Shown piece by piece: positions 19,909 to 28,948 of a stretch of DNA of 44,095 nt (position 1 is the stretch's first letter; the number at the start of each line of letters is the position of its first letter). The notes under the pieces were generated by a model that was given only the letters and a program-made list of their open reading frames with translations, had not been told where the DNA came from and made no database searches. A program made the translations under genes and the position numbers. The DNA is from Gammaproteobacteria bacterium (GTDB taxonomy: Bacteria; Pseudomonadota; Gammaproteobacteria; Steroidobacterales; Steroidobacteraceae): assembly GCA_031403675.1 (NCBI GenBank), contig JANNTO010000066.1, forward strand, positions 1 to 44,095, written 5' to 3'.

Positions 19909-20207
19909 GCGGACTCCTTCTTCTTTTTCTGGCCGCTCGCCTTGAACATCTGCAGCATCCGCTCGGTCACGACATAGCCGCCGACCGCGTTACCGGCGCC
20001 GAGCACGACACCGATGAAGCCGATGACCTGCTCGAGTACCGTGTCGGCGCGGCCGAGTGCCACCATCGCACCGACCAGCACGATGCCGTGCACGAAGTTC
20101 GATCCGGACATCAGCGGCGTGTGCAGGATCACCGGTACCTTCGCGATGACTTCGTAGCCGGCGAATGCCGCCAGCATCACGATATAGAGTGCGATCACGC
20201 CTTCCAT
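19905..20207 (-). CDS. pntAB: NAD(P) transhydrogenase subunit alpha part 2 (membrane)
   Basis: 100-aa hydrophobic protein (HTPLMSGSNFVHGIVLVGA). Overlaps pntB by 4 nt and pntAA by 1 nt. Confidence 0.9.
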   Translation of the reverse strand: MEGVIALYIVMLAAFAGYEVIAKVPVILHTPLMSGSNFVHGIVLVGAMVALGRADTVLEQVIGFIGVVLGAGNAVGGYVVTERMLQMFKASGQKKKKESA

Positions 20208-21334
20208 TACGCGGCCTCCACGGTCTTGCGGGTGGGTTCGTGGCGGATGCTGCCCTCGTGCGTGACGCAGGACGCCGCGAATACTTCGTCGTTCCAGTCG
20301 ATGGCCAGCGCGCCGTCCTTGAACGCAGGCCGGATGAAGTTCAGGAGATTGCGCGCATACATGTCGCTCGCGTGATAGGCGACGGTTGCCGGCAGGTTGA
20401 TCGGTCCGATGATGCGCACGCCCTGGTGCTCGACGGTTTCACCCGCTTTGGTCAGTTCGCAGTTGCCGCCGCCCTCGGCGAGCAGGTCCACGATCACTGC
20501 GCCCTGCTTCATGCGTTCGACCGCGGCCCGCGAGATGATGCGCGGCGCCGGCCGACCCGGGACACCGGCGGTCGAGATCACGCAATCGGCTGCGGCAATA
20601 CGCGAATCCAGCACTTCCTGCTGCTTTGCTTTTTCCTCGGCGGTCAGCTCGCGTGCGTAACCGCCGGCACCTTCTGCCACGACGCCGGTCTCGACAAATT
20701 TCGCGCCGAGCGAACGGATCTGCTCGCGCGTCGCGCTGCGGACGTCGTAGGCCTCGACCACCGCGCCGAGCCGGCGGGCTGTTGCAATGGCCTGCAGACC
20801 GGCGACACCGGCGCCGATCACGAGCACGGTGGCGGGGCGGATCGTGCCGGCCGCGGTGGTCAGCATCGGGAAGAACTTGTCGAGTGCGCTGGCTGCAAGC
20901 AGTACGGCCTTGTAGCCGGAAACGGCCGCTTGTGAGGACAGCGCATCCATGGATTGGGCACGCGAGATGCGTGGCACCAGTTCCATCGCGAAACTCGTGA
21001 TCCGGCGCTCCTTCAGCACACGCACCAGCGCGGCCTGCGCATGGGGCGCGAGGAAGCCGATGAGCACGGAACCCGGTTTCAGGCGCTCCGCGACCTCCGA
21101 AGTGGGGGGCTGGACCGTCAGCAGCAGGTCGGAGGCCGCGAGCACGGCTTCCGCGCCGTCGGCAAACGCGACATCCTGGTATTGTGGGTCCGGAAAGCGG
21201 GCCGCCTGGCCGGCGCCGCGTTCGATCAATAGACGCGCCCCGAGGGCGGAAAGGCGGGTGGCGACCTCCGGGACGACCGCCACGCGGTTTTCGCCCCGCA
21301 CGGTCTCCTTCAGCACGCCGATCGTGACTGGCAT
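20207..21334 (-). CDS. pntAA: NAD(P) transhydrogenase subunit alpha part 1 (dI, NAD(H)-binding)
   Basis: ATG at 21334 (MPVTIGVLKETVRGENRVA) and a Rossmann motif (VLVIGAGVAGLQAIATARRLGA). The 5' extension of ORF 20207..22099 is antisense to the HNH gene and was rejected. Confidence 0.93.
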   Translation of the reverse strand: MPVTIGVLKETVRGENRVAVVPEVATRLSALGARLLIERGAGQAARFPDPQYQDVAFADGAEAVLAASDLLLTVQPPTSEVAERLKPGSVLIGFLAPHAQAALVRVLKERRITSFAMELVPRISRAQSMDALSSQAAVSGYKAVLLAASALDKFFPMLTTAAGTIRPATVLVIGAGVAGLQAIATARRLGAVVEAYDVRSATREQIRSLGAKFVETGVVAEGAGGYARELTAEEKAKQQEVLDSRIAAADCVISTAGVPGRPAPRIISRAAVERMKQGAVIVDLLAEGGGNCELTKAGETVEHQGVRIIGPINLPATVAYHASDMYARNLLNFIRPAFKDGALAIDWNDEVFAASCVTHEGSIRHEPTRKTVEAA

Positions 21335-21433
21335 CCAAATCCTCCCCGGAATTGCCCACCGAGCGGCGGCGCGTTGGAAAATATCATAATCGTGGCTTAA
21401 TGTTTCAGGGTTTCGGGCCTGGGGAATGGGGTT

Positions 21434-22087
21434 GTGAGCACGGATTTGGGCAAGGCAAGGGTTCAGGTCGAGGCGGACAGCCTGGAATTCCGGCTGTCGC
21501 AGCAGGTGCTGCGCACGGATGCCTCCGGCATGCCGCTTGAATGGATCGACTATAAGGAGGCGGTGCGCCTGCACTGTCTGGGCCAGGTGGCCTATGCGTT
21601 CGGCAGCCGCCTGTACGCGCTGCATGGCGGCACCAATGCGCGCACCGGCCGCCAGACCGTCATCGAAGTGAATTCGATGATGGCGACGCAGGGTTCCTCC
21701 GGCAATCCGGGCAGCCTGCGCGGCGATTACGTGCCGCCGCTCAACAACGAGACGCTGTTTCGCCGCGATGCCAACCTGTGCATGTACTGCGGCGGCCGCT
21801 TCACCGCGCACCAGCTGTCGCGCGATCACGTGCGTCCGTTCTGCCAGGGCGGCCGGGATGTCTGGAACAATGTGGTCGCGGCCTGCCGCCGCTGCAACAA
21901 CGCCAAGGCCTCGCGCACGCCGGAGCAGGCGCACATGCAACTGCTCGCCGTGCCGTTCACGCCGACCTATGCCGAGTACATCTACCTGAAAGGCCGGCGC
22001 GTGCTGGCCGACCAGATGGAATACCTGCTCGCGCACTTTCCGCGAACCAGCCCGCTGCACGCGCGCATCCAGCGATTCAGGCAGTGA
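21434..22087 (+). CDS. HNH endonuclease
   Basis: HNH/zinc motif CMYCGG..LSRDHVRPFCQGGRDVWNNVVAACRRCNNAKA (about nt 21779-21907). The start is uncertain: GTG 21434, or GTG 21506 just before the conserved DASGMPLEWI. The stop overlaps the next gene's GTG. Confidence 0.8.
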   Translation: MSTDLGKARVQVEADSLEFRLSQQVLRTDASGMPLEWIDYKEAVRLHCLGQVAYAFGSRLYALHGGTNARTGRQTVIEVNSMMATQGSSGNPGSLRGDYVPPLNNETLFRRDANLCMYCGGRFTAHQLSRDHVRPFCQGGRDVWNNVVAACRRCNNAKASRTPEQAHMQLLAVPFTPTYAEYIYLKGRRVLADQMEYLLAHFPRTSPLHARIQRFRQ

Positions 22088-22986
22088 AGCGCGCACCAAG
22101 CGAGCCCGTCCACCTGATCGACGCGAGCTTCTTCGTGTTCCGTGCCTACTACTCGGTGGGCCTCGAGATGACCGACGTCGATGACCAGCCGGTCAACGCG
22201 CTGTACGGCTTCGGGCGCTTTCTCGGCGATCTGCTCGAGGAGGCGAAACCGGCGCACATCGCGGTGGCATTCGACGAAAGCCTGTCGAGCTCGTTCCGGA
22301 ACGAGATCTTTCCAGCCTACAAGGCGAATCGCGAACCCGCGCCGCCGGAACTGAAACGCCAGTTCGCACTGTGCCGGCAGCTCTGCCGCCTGCTCGGCAT
22401 CGCCGAGTTCAGCAGCCCCACACACGAGGCCGACGACATCATCGGCACCCTCGCGACGCGGTTTCGCGAACGCGGGCACAACTCAGTGCTGGTCACGCGC
22501 GACAAGGACCTTGCGCAACTGATCCGCGACGGCGACGCGTACTGGGATTACGCGGGCGAGCGCCGTTACGGCTATGCCGACATCGAAGGGCAATTCGGCG
22601 TGCGCCCGGAGCGCATGGCGGATTTCCTGGCGCTGACCGGCGACACGGTGGACAACATCCCGGGCATCCCGGGTGTCGGGCCGAAGACTGCGGCCGTGCT
22701 GTTACGCGAATTCGCCTCGTTGGAAGAAATCTACGCGGGCCTCGAAAAAGTGCCTGGACTGCCGATCCGTGGCGCCGGCAAGTTGCCAGCGCGTCTGCGC
22801 GAACATCGCGATGCCGCCTTCTTCGCGCGCCGGCTGACCACGATCGCCTGTGACATGCCGATCGACGCGACGGCCGAGAGCCTGACGCGCCGCGCACCCG
22901 ATCTTGAGGCACTCGGGATATTCTACGATCAGGCCCGCTTTGGCCAGGCGCTGCGCCGGCAGGCGGAGCGCCTCGCCAGGGTGTAA
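22084..22986 (+). CDS. 5'-3' exonuclease / flap endonuclease (Xni/ExoIX-like, PIN-like + H3TH)
   Basis: GTG 22084 ([23 protein letters not shown]). Motifs [31 protein letters not shown] and H3[22 protein letters not shown]. The longer ORF from 21778 overlaps the HNH gene. Confidence 0.88.
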   Translation: MKRAPSEPVHLIDASFFVFRAYYSVGLEMTDVDDQPVNALYGFGRFLGDLLEEAKPAHIAVAFDESLSSSFRNEIFPAYKANREPAPPELKRQFALCRQLCRLLGIAEFSSPTHEADDIIGTLATRFRERGHNSVLVTRDKDLAQLIRDGDAYWDYAGERRYGYADIEGQFGVRPERMADFLALTGDTVDNIPGIPGVGPKTAAVLLREFASLEEIYAGLEKVPGLPIRGAGKLPARLREHRDAAFFARRLTTIACDMPIDATAESLTRRAPDLEALGIFYDQARFGQALRRQAERLARV

Positions 22987-23054
22987 AAGGGGACGTTACC
23001 CTTTTCCTCTTGTCCTTCGGGAAAAGGGTAGGAAAAGGGTAACGTCCCCTTTTA
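22984..23054. repeat. Nested-palindrome element, subtype B
   Basis: TA-AAAGGGGACGTTACCCTTTTCC-(loop with an extra GGAAAAGGGTA)-GGAAAAGGGTAACGTCCCCTTT-TA. The arms pair perfectly over about 22 nt. The left TA is part of the exonuclease TAA stop. Confidence 0.9.
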
Positions 23055-23065
23055 CGACTGGTGCT

Positions 23066-23737
23066 GTGTTGGAACGCAGACTGATTCCGTTGCCTGGCTA
23101 CGTGGAATATCCACCGGACGAAATGCTCGCCCGTGCGCGTGGCTTTGCCGACGAAGTGCAGCGCCGCAGAACGGTGCGCGATTTCTCCGATCGGCCGGTG
23201 CCGCGGGCGCTGATCGAGCAATGTCTGCGCAGCGCCGGGTCCGCACCGTCGGGCGCCAATCAGCAGCCCTGGCATTTCGTCGCGGTTTCTGATCCGCTCA
23301 CCAAGCACCGGATCCGAACCGCGGCCGAAGCCGAAGAGCGCGAGTTTTACCAACACCGCGCGCCGCCCGAATGGCTGGAGGTCCTGCAGCCGCTCGGCAC
23401 CGATGCGAGCAAACCATTTCTGGAGATCGCGCCCTGGCTGATCGCGGTCTTCATCCGCCGCTTTGAGCGGCTGCCGGACGGCAGCAAGCGCAAGCACTAC
23501 TACACCGACGAATCGGTCGGACTCGCAACCGGGCTGCTGCTCGCGGCCATTCACCACGCGGGCCTCGTGTCGCTGACCCACACGCCAAGCCCGATGAAGT
23601 TCCTGAATAAAATCCTCGACCGCCCGAAGGACATCGAACGGCCGTTCCTGCTGTTGGTCGTCGGCTATCCGGCGGCGCGCGCGATGGTTCCCGACATCGG
23701 GCGCAAACCGCTCACGGAAATCGCGACGTTCAAATAA
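23066..23737 (+). CDS. Nitroreductase family protein
   Basis: [13 protein letters not shown]...[14 protein letters not shown] plus a C-terminal LLVVGYP. Start GTG 23066 or TTG 23069. The upstream part of ORF 22904..23737 merely translates the repeat. Confidence 0.85.
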   Translation: MLERRLIPLPGYVEYPPDEMLARARGFADEVQRRRTVRDFSDRPVPRALIEQCLRSAGSAPSGANQQPWHFVAVSDPLTKHRIRTAAEAEEREFYQHRAPPEWLEVLQPLGTDASKPFLEIAPWLIAVFIRRFERLPDGSKRKHYYTDESVGLATGLLLAAIHHAGLVSLTHTPSPMKFLNKILDRPKDIERPFLLLVVGYPAARAMVPDIGRKPLTEIATFK

Positions 23738-23795
23738 AAGGGGACGTTACCCCTTTTCCTTCGATCCTTCGGGAAAAGGGTAACGTCCCCTTTTA
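23735..23795. repeat. Nested-palindrome element, subtype B (between convergent genes)
   Basis: TA-AAAGGGGACGTTACCCCTTTTCC-ttcgatccttcg-GGAAAAGGGTAACGTCCCCTTT-TA. Both terminal TAs are inside the TAA stop codons of the flanking genes (23735-37 plus strand, 23793-95 minus strand). Confidence 0.9.
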
Positions 23796-25688
23796 AGAGG
23801 TCAGCGCGGCGGCGACGATGCGGCGCAGGAGCCGCTCGCGTAAGCCGCGCGGCGCAGCAAGCCCCATCCGTGCGAGCAGCAGGGTGATAGCCGGATCGCG
23901 CGACAGCGGTCGCGCAAGACGGGCGGCGATGGCGAGCTTGCCGCGCCAGGTTTGGGCGCGCCCTTGCAGGCGCCGCAGCGCGCGGCCGAGCGCTATCTCC
24001 GCGGCCGTCAGATCGGTGCCATAGGGCAGTTCTCCGAACCGCCCGGCCGCGCGATGCGGCGCGAGCGCGCGCGTGAGCGTCTCGGGCAGATTGCTGCGGT
24101 ACTCCGCGCGGATGCGGTAGTCGGCCGGCAACTTGCCCGCGCGTTGCGTCTCGGCGAGCAGCTCCGGCTGGAAGCGCGAGTCGGTGATGTCGAGCATGGC
24201 GGCCGCGACTTCCGCATCGCTCTTGCCCCGGAGATCCGCAATGCCGTACTCGGTCAGCACGATATCGCGCAGATGCCGCGGGATGGTCGCGTGGCCGTAG
24301 CTGAAGCGGATATTGGATTCGAGCCTGCCGTGGTTGTCGCGCGTGGTGCGCAGCGCAATGAGCGACCGGCCGCCGGGCAGCGCATGCGCCTGCGCGACGA
24401 AATTGTACTGGCCGCCGACGCCACTGACGACGCGGCCGTCTGCCAGACCGTCCGAGATCATCGCACCACCCAGCGTCGCCATCATCGCGCTGTTGATGAA
24501 GCGCGCATCGCGGCGCTCAGCGATCTTCCGTTCCCAGTCCGGGCCGAGCAGGTCGTTGGTGAAGCTGACCGGCATCATCCGGAACAAGGCGCGTTCGGCA
24601 TCCGGCATGGCACGCAACTCCTCGTAGAACGCGCGCGGTCCCAGCATGAAAGCGCCATGCAGCAGGGCGCCGTCCGGTTCGGCGCGCCGTTTCAATATGC
24701 CTTCCCGATACAGGTCGAGGAATCCGTCCACGAACATCTCGGTGACGGCATAGAGCCCCTGTTCGAATGGCCCGGCGCCGCCGAGCGCGGCTTGCAGTGC
24801 GCCAAAACGCGGCGCAAGCCGGAGGTCCGTCAGCGCGCGGCGCCACAGCGCATTCTGGCGATGCCGCAGGGTCATGGCGTATACGATCGCATCGCCTAGT
24901 TCGCCGATCCCGATCTGAATCGTGCCTCCGTCCCGGATCAACATGCTGGCTGCGAGCGCGATCGCATGGTCGGCGGTCGAAATCGGCAGGTTGGGCGGGC
25001 AGAAGAGTTCGTGATAGTCGCGCGCGTCGTCGACGATGAAATCGAATGTGCCGGCAGGCACGTCGGCTGCGCCAAACATGAACGGCATGTGGTCGTTGAC
25101 CTGACCAATCACAACGACCGTCTGGCCCGCACGGCGCCGCTCATTGAGCATTGGCAGGAGGTCCACGGTGACATCGGGGTTGGTCCCGAGGCTGACGCGG
25201 CCGCCTGCGGCATCGGGACGCAGCGCAATCTGCTGCGTGATGACATTGGCTCCGGCCGCGGCGACGGTTCGCGCGACATGCGTGTAGTTGATGCTCGCGT
25301 AGGATTGCTGCGCGAGCGGCGCGCCGAGCCAGGCACCGGGCTCCATGAAGAACTCGCGCACCTGGATGTTTTGCGGCAGAGCGCCGGCATGGAGCGGCGC
25401 AAGCCATGCGGGGTCCGGCCCCGCGCCGAACACGCGTGCCGCCAGCGGCTCGACCAGGCGCCGTTCCAGTTCGCTCTTGCCGCGCGGCCGGGCCAGCGTG
25501 AGCCCGGTCAGTATCGTCAGGTCGATGGTGGGGTCGGCCGCCGCGCGCCGGTAAAACTCGTTGAGCAGCGCCACCGGCTTGCCGGCTCCGATCGGCGCGC
25601 ACAGGACCACACGCGAACCGACGCGCGACAGAGTCTGTTCGACGCAGCCCACCACGTCGGCAAAGTAGCGCGGCAAACGCTCGTTCAT
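23793..25688 (-). CDS. Acetyl-CoA hydrolase/transferase family protein
   Basis: 631 aa with a CoA-transferase-like C-terminal region (SGVGGQYNFVAQAH...SLIALRTT, YGHATIPRHLRDIVLTEYGIADLRGK). Family call from overall similarity only. Confidence 0.6.
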   Translation of the reverse strand: MNERLPRYFADVVGCVEQTLSRVGSRVVLCAPIGAGKPVALLNEFYRRAAADPTIDLTILTGLTLARPRGKSELERRLVEPLAARVFGAGPDPAWLAPLHAGALPQNIQVREFFMEPGAWLGAPLAQQSYASINYTHVARTVAAAGANVITQQIALRPDAAGGRVSLGTNPDVTVDLLPMLNERRRAGQTVVVIGQVNDHMPFMFGAADVPAGTFDFIVDDARDYHELFCPPNLPISTADHAIALAASMLIRDGGTIQIGIGELGDAIVYAMTLRHRQNALWRRALTDLRLAPRFGALQAALGGAGPFEQGLYAVTEMFVDGFLDLYREGILKRRAEPDGALLHGAFMLGPRAFYEELRAMPDAERALFRMMPVSFTNDLLGPDWERKIAERRDARFINSAMMATLGGAMISDGLADGRVVSGVGGQYNFVAQAHALPGGRSLIALRTTRDNHGRLESNIRFSYGHATIPRHLRDIVLTEYGIADLRGKSDAEVAAAMLDITDSRFQPELLAETQRAGKLPADYRIRAEYRSNLPETLTRALAPHRAAGRFGELPYGTDLTAAEIALGRALRRLQGRAQTWRGKLAIAARLARPLSRDPAITLLLARMGLAAPRGLRERLLRRIVAAALTS

Positions 25689-25730
25689 CGGCGAGACTCT
25701 AGCGTATAGTTGCGTAATCCCGAGGGAATC

Positions 25731-26513
25731 ATGCTTGAAAGCAACCCGCGCACCGGGGTCGTCGTGAACGAAGCGGGAAGCAATTCCACACCGATCCGCC
25801 TGAATCCGGGCCTGGATCCGCAGCTCATCTCACGCGTGTACCGCGCGACCGGCAGGGTGCACATACCGGATTTCTTTGAACCGACGACGGCCGCGCGTAT
25901 TCATCACTGCATTGCCAATGAGACACCCTGGCAGTACGTGCTGTTCGACGGCAAGGAAAATCTGGAGATGACGGTGGCATCGCTGGCGGAACTCGCCGAA
26001 ACCGATCGGGCGCGTGTGCTGACGGCGACCGATCGTGTGGCGACCCGGGATTTCTCCTACCGTTACGCCAATTTCCGCATCTTCGAGAACTGGGAGCGCG
26101 GATTGCACGGCGATTCTTTCCTGATGCGTGTGCTCGAGTTTCTCAATGGACCGGAATTCATCGCACTGATGCGCGGGGTCACCGGGGACGCCACGATCGA
26201 CTATGCCGATGCGCAGGCGACCCTGTATCGCTCCGGCGATTTCCTGAGCTGTCACAACGACAACGTCGCGGGCAAGAACCGGCGCGTTGCCTACGTGCTG
26301 AATTTCACCCCGGAATGGCGGCCCGACTGGGGCGGGCTGCTGGCGTTCCCGGATCGTTTCGGGCATCTCTCCGAAGCGTATACGCCGGCATTCAACGCAC
26401 TGAATCTGTTTCGCGTGCCGATGCTGCACTCGGTGACCCAACTTTCAAGTTTTGCTGCGGCCCCGCGCTACAGCATCACGGGTTGGCTGCGGCATCGGCC
26501 GGCACCAGCCTGA
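25731..26513 (+). CDS. 2OG-Fe(II) oxygenase family protein (prolyl-hydroxylase-like)
   Basis: H-x-D (LSCHNDN), distal His (MLHSV) and RVAYVLNF. ATG 25731 is preceded by GAGGGA. A TTG at 25710 is also possible. Confidence 0.7.
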   Translation: MLESNPRTGVVVNEAGSNSTPIRLNPGLDPQLISRVYRATGRVHIPDFFEPTTAARIHHCIANETPWQYVLFDGKENLEMTVASLAELAETDRARVLTATDRVATRDFSYRYANFRIFENWERGLHGDSFLMRVLEFLNGPEFIALMRGVTGDATIDYADAQATLYRSGDFLSCHNDNVAGKNRRVAYVLNFTPEWRPDWGGLLAFPDRFGHLSEAYTPAFNALNLFRVPMLHSVTQLSSFAAAPRYSITGWLRHRPAPA

Positions 26514-27057
26514 GATCGAACCGGACGCCGACCTCGTCGCCGATCCATTCGGTAGCAGACCATTCGCCCTGGCCGATGCCGAACTCGAGACGGCGCAGAT
26601 CCGCCGTGCCTTTCATGGTCAGGCGCTTCGCGGCGGGTTTCAGTTCAAATCGCACGGTGGCCGGCCGGGTCACGCCACGCATCGTGAGGTCCCCGCTGGC
26701 GCGCCAGCCCTTGCCGTTTGGCTCGAATCGAGCGGCGTGAAAGACTGCCTCGGGAAAAGCCTCGATCCAGAAGAAATCGCGGCTGCGCAGTATCTCGTCG
26801 CGGTCTGCATCCTGGGTATTGACGCTGGCGATCGGCACCGTCACGTCGAGCTTGCCGCGGGCCGGATCCTTTGCATCGAATTCGAACCGGACCTTGAAGC
26901 GCTGGAACGCGCCGGTGAAGGTCGCGCCGGCCTGGGTCGCGGTGAACTTCAGGCTGCCGGCGCGCTGATCGCCCTGCCACGTACCCGCCAGGGCCACACC
27001 CGCATGGCAGCAGGCGATGCCCGCAAGCAGCAGGCGCGGGATCAGGACGGTCGCCAA
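26476..27057 (-). CDS. YceI family periplasmic protein
   Basis: Signal peptide plus the YceI lipocalin-like domain (GSLKFTATQAGATFTGAFQRF, VNTQDADRDEILRS.DFF, GDLTMRGVTRP). TTG start at 27057 overlaps the cytochrome b561 3' end. Confidence 0.85.
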   Translation of the reverse strand: MATVLIPRLLLAGIACCHAGVALAGTWQGDQRAGSLKFTATQAGATFTGAFQRFKVRFEFDAKDPARGKLDVTVPIASVNTQDADRDEILRSRDFFWIEAFPEAVFHAARFEPNGKGWRASGDLTMRGVTRPATVRFELKPAAKRLTMKGTADLRRLEFGIGQGEWSATEWIGDEVGVRFDLRLVPADAAANP

Positions 27058-27590
27058 GGCAGCATGCGTCTGAGCAATCCGTCGCGATCGATGAACTGGT
27101 GCTTCAACGCGGCGACGATGTGCAGGATCGTGAGCGCGATCAGCACATTCACAAGTGTCTCGTGAACCTCTTCCAGCAAGTGCTTGAACTCCCGGTCAGG
27201 AGCCACGAGATCGGGCAGCTGCGCCAGGCCGAACCAGCTGACGGGATAATTGGCCGCCGAGGACATCAGCCAGCCACTGATTGGCAGTGCGAACAGCAGC
27301 ACATAGAACGCAGCATGGGTCAGGCGGGACGCGAGAAGCTGCCAGTTCGGCATCGGCATCGGTGCCGGCAGCCGGTCGATCAGCCGCCAGGTGAGGCGTA
27401 TGACCGCGAGCGCGAGAATCGTGATGCCGACCGACTTGTGTCGGGCCAGCATGGCCAGCTTGTCCAGCCCGAGCGGGAGGTCATCGGCAACCTTGCCGAG
27501 CGTGACCTGTACGATCAGCAGGCCGACGATGACCCAGTGCAGGCTTTGCGCCACGAAACCGTAACGCACGGCGGAGTTTCGTGCAGGCAT
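27042..27590 (-). CDS. Cytochrome b561 family protein
   Basis: ATG 27590 (MPARNSAVRYGFVAQSLHWVIVGLLI). Four TM helices with conserved His (LHW, ARHKSVG, LTHAAFY, VHETLVN). The rest of ORF 27042..28190 is antisense to the next gene. Confidence 0.85.
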   Translation of the reverse strand: MPARNSAVRYGFVAQSLHWVIVGLLIVQVTLGKVADDLPLGLDKLAMLARHKSVGITILALAVIRLTWRLIDRLPAPMPMPNWQLLASRLTHAAFYVLLFALPISGWLMSSAANYPVSWFGLAQLPDLVAPDREFKHLLEEVHETLVNVLIALTILHIVAALKHQFIDRDGLLRRMLPWRPS

Positions 27591-27611
27591 GATGTGTTGG
27601 AGAATACCGCG

Positions 27612-28292
27612 ATGCGCAAGTTCCTGTTGCCGATTGTCGTGCTGGTGGCCGGCTGTGCCGCGCCGCCGCAGGTGCCGCCGTCCGCGGTGCCGCCGGCTAC
27701 GCCGGTGGCCGCCGCGGCGCCGTTCGAAGCCTGGGAAGTCGTGACGTCCCGGATCGAAGTGCGAATCTACCGCGACGGGCCGATGCAGAAACTCGGGCAC
27801 AACCACCTGATTACTTCGAATGCGCTCGCTGGCGTCATCGAGCTGCGCGAGCCGCGGACCGCAAGCGGATTCACGCTGCAACTGCCGCTTGATTCGCTGG
27901 TGGTGGACGATTCTGCGGCGCGGGCGCTGGCCGGCCCCGATTTTGCCAACCCGGTTCCTGAGAATGACCGCAATGCAACCAGGCGCAACATGCTGGGTGA
28001 GGCGGTGCTGGACGCAGCACGCCAGGCGCTGTTGCGATTGACGGTGGACAGCCTCACCGGCGGACCCGTGAATTTCGAGGCGCGCGTGCGCGTCGGTCTG
28101 CGCGGCGAGGAACGCCTGATCACCCTGCCACTGACCGTGAACTTCGACGGCGACCGCATGCAGGTCCAGGCGAACGTGCACCTGCGTCATGCCGATCTCG
28201 GTCTCGCGCCATTCACCGCGGCGCTCGGCGCACTGCGCGTGCGCGACGATTTCGAGGTCGAATGCCGGCTCGAGGCGAGGCGCAGCACGTGA
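27612..28292 (+). CDS. YceI-like lipoprotein
   Basis: Lipobox LVAGC. The YceI-like core is weaker than in the neighbouring gene (IEVRIYRDGPMQKLGHNHLI, RNATRRNMLGEAVLD, LPLTVNFDGD). Divergent from cytochrome b561. Confidence 0.65.
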   Translation: MRKFLLPIVVLVAGCAAPPQVPPSAVPPATPVAAAAPFEAWEVVTSRIEVRIYRDGPMQKLGHNHLITSNALAGVIELREPRTASGFTLQLPLDSLVVDDSAARALAGPDFANPVPENDRNATRRNMLGEAVLDAARQALLRLTVDSLTGGPVNFEARVRVGLRGEERLITLPLTVNFDGDRMQVQANVHLRHADLGLAPFTAALGALRVRDDFEVECRLEARRST

Positions 28293-28948
28293 CTGCGATC
28301 CGCTTCCACGATCCGGAAGTCCGGATCTCCACGGCGCTCGCGGCGGCGCAGGTGGCGGTGCGCAATCCCGAGGTGACGTTGCGCGAGCTGTTTGCGCTGC
28401 TCGGCGAGCAGGGCCTGTTGGTCTTCTGTGGCGTGCTCGCGGCGCCGTTCCTGCTGCCGGTGACGCTGCCGACGATGAGCACGGTGTTCGGCACGCCGAT
28501 GCTGCTGATCGGCTTCGCCGTGATGGTGAGTCGCGTGCCCTGGCTGCCGGCGCGGCTGCTCGATTACAAGATGCCGGCGGCGACCGTGCGGCAGGTTCTG
28601 GAGAAGGTCCGCGGCTGGGCGCTGCGCTTCGAGCACCTGGTGCGGCCGCGGCTGCTGGGCCTGACCGCCAACCCGACCATCAACGTGGTCAACGGCGCGT
28701 TGATCATCCTGGACGTGCCGCTGCTGATGGCGCCGCTGCCGCTGGTTCCGTTCGTCAACGCGGTGCCGGCGCTTGCGATCATCCTGCTGTGCTTTGGCAT
28801 GGCCGAGCGCGATGGAGTCGTCATAGCGCTCGGCTATTTGGTGACGTTGCTATCGGCAGCCTATGTCGGTGGCCTGCTCGTGCTGGTGTTTTACGCGGGC
28901 ATGCACTACGAGCAGGTGCTGGACATCGTGCGCGGCTGGTTCACTTAG
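28289..28948 (+). CDS. ExoD family exopolysaccharide-synthesis membrane protein
   Basis: Multi-TM protein (LGEQGLLVFCGVLAAPFLLP...GTPMLLIGFAVM...PWLPARLL). GTG 28289 overlaps the upstream TGA (GTGA). ATG 28262 is the longer alternative. Confidence 0.65.
   Translation: MTAIRFHDPEVRISTALAAAQVAVRNPEVTLRELFALLGEQGLLVFCGVLAAPFLLPVTLPTMSTVFGTPMLLIGFAVMVSRVPWLPARLLDYKMPAATVRQVLEKVRGWALRFEHLVRPRLLGLTANPTINVVNGALIILDVPLLMAPLPLVPFVNAVPALAIILLCFGMAERDGVVIALGYLVTLLSAAYVGGLLVLVFYAGMHYEQVLDIVRGWFT

Noticed and set aside
18322-19977. 551-aa plus-strand ORF
   Set aside because: Antisense to pntB, which is an unambiguous match. Composition is dominated by R/D/H/A.
21335-22099. 5' extension of the pntAA ORF (to 630 aa)
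   Set aside because: The extension is antisense to the HNH gene, and the PntAA homology begins at MPVTIGVLKE (ATG 21334).
21434-23800. HNH/exonuclease/nitroreductase region considered as a mobile or defence island
   Set aside because: No integrase, recombinase, tRNA target, methyltransferase, toxin-antitoxin pair or compositional shift is visible. The flanking genes are ordinary metabolic genes. Only the small repeats are unusual, and they are reported separately.
26476-26513. 38-nt convergent overlap between the 2OG oxygenase and YceI 3' ends
   Set aside because: Both reading frames keep family-like sequence up to their stops. Convergent 3' overlaps of this size occur in compact high-GC genomes. 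No further signal such as a frameshift or repeat was seen.
27591-28190. 5' extension of the cytochrome b561 ORF (to 382 aa)
   Set aside because: Antisense to the YceI-like lipoprotein gene. The cytochrome b561 family length of about 180 aa fits ATG 27590.
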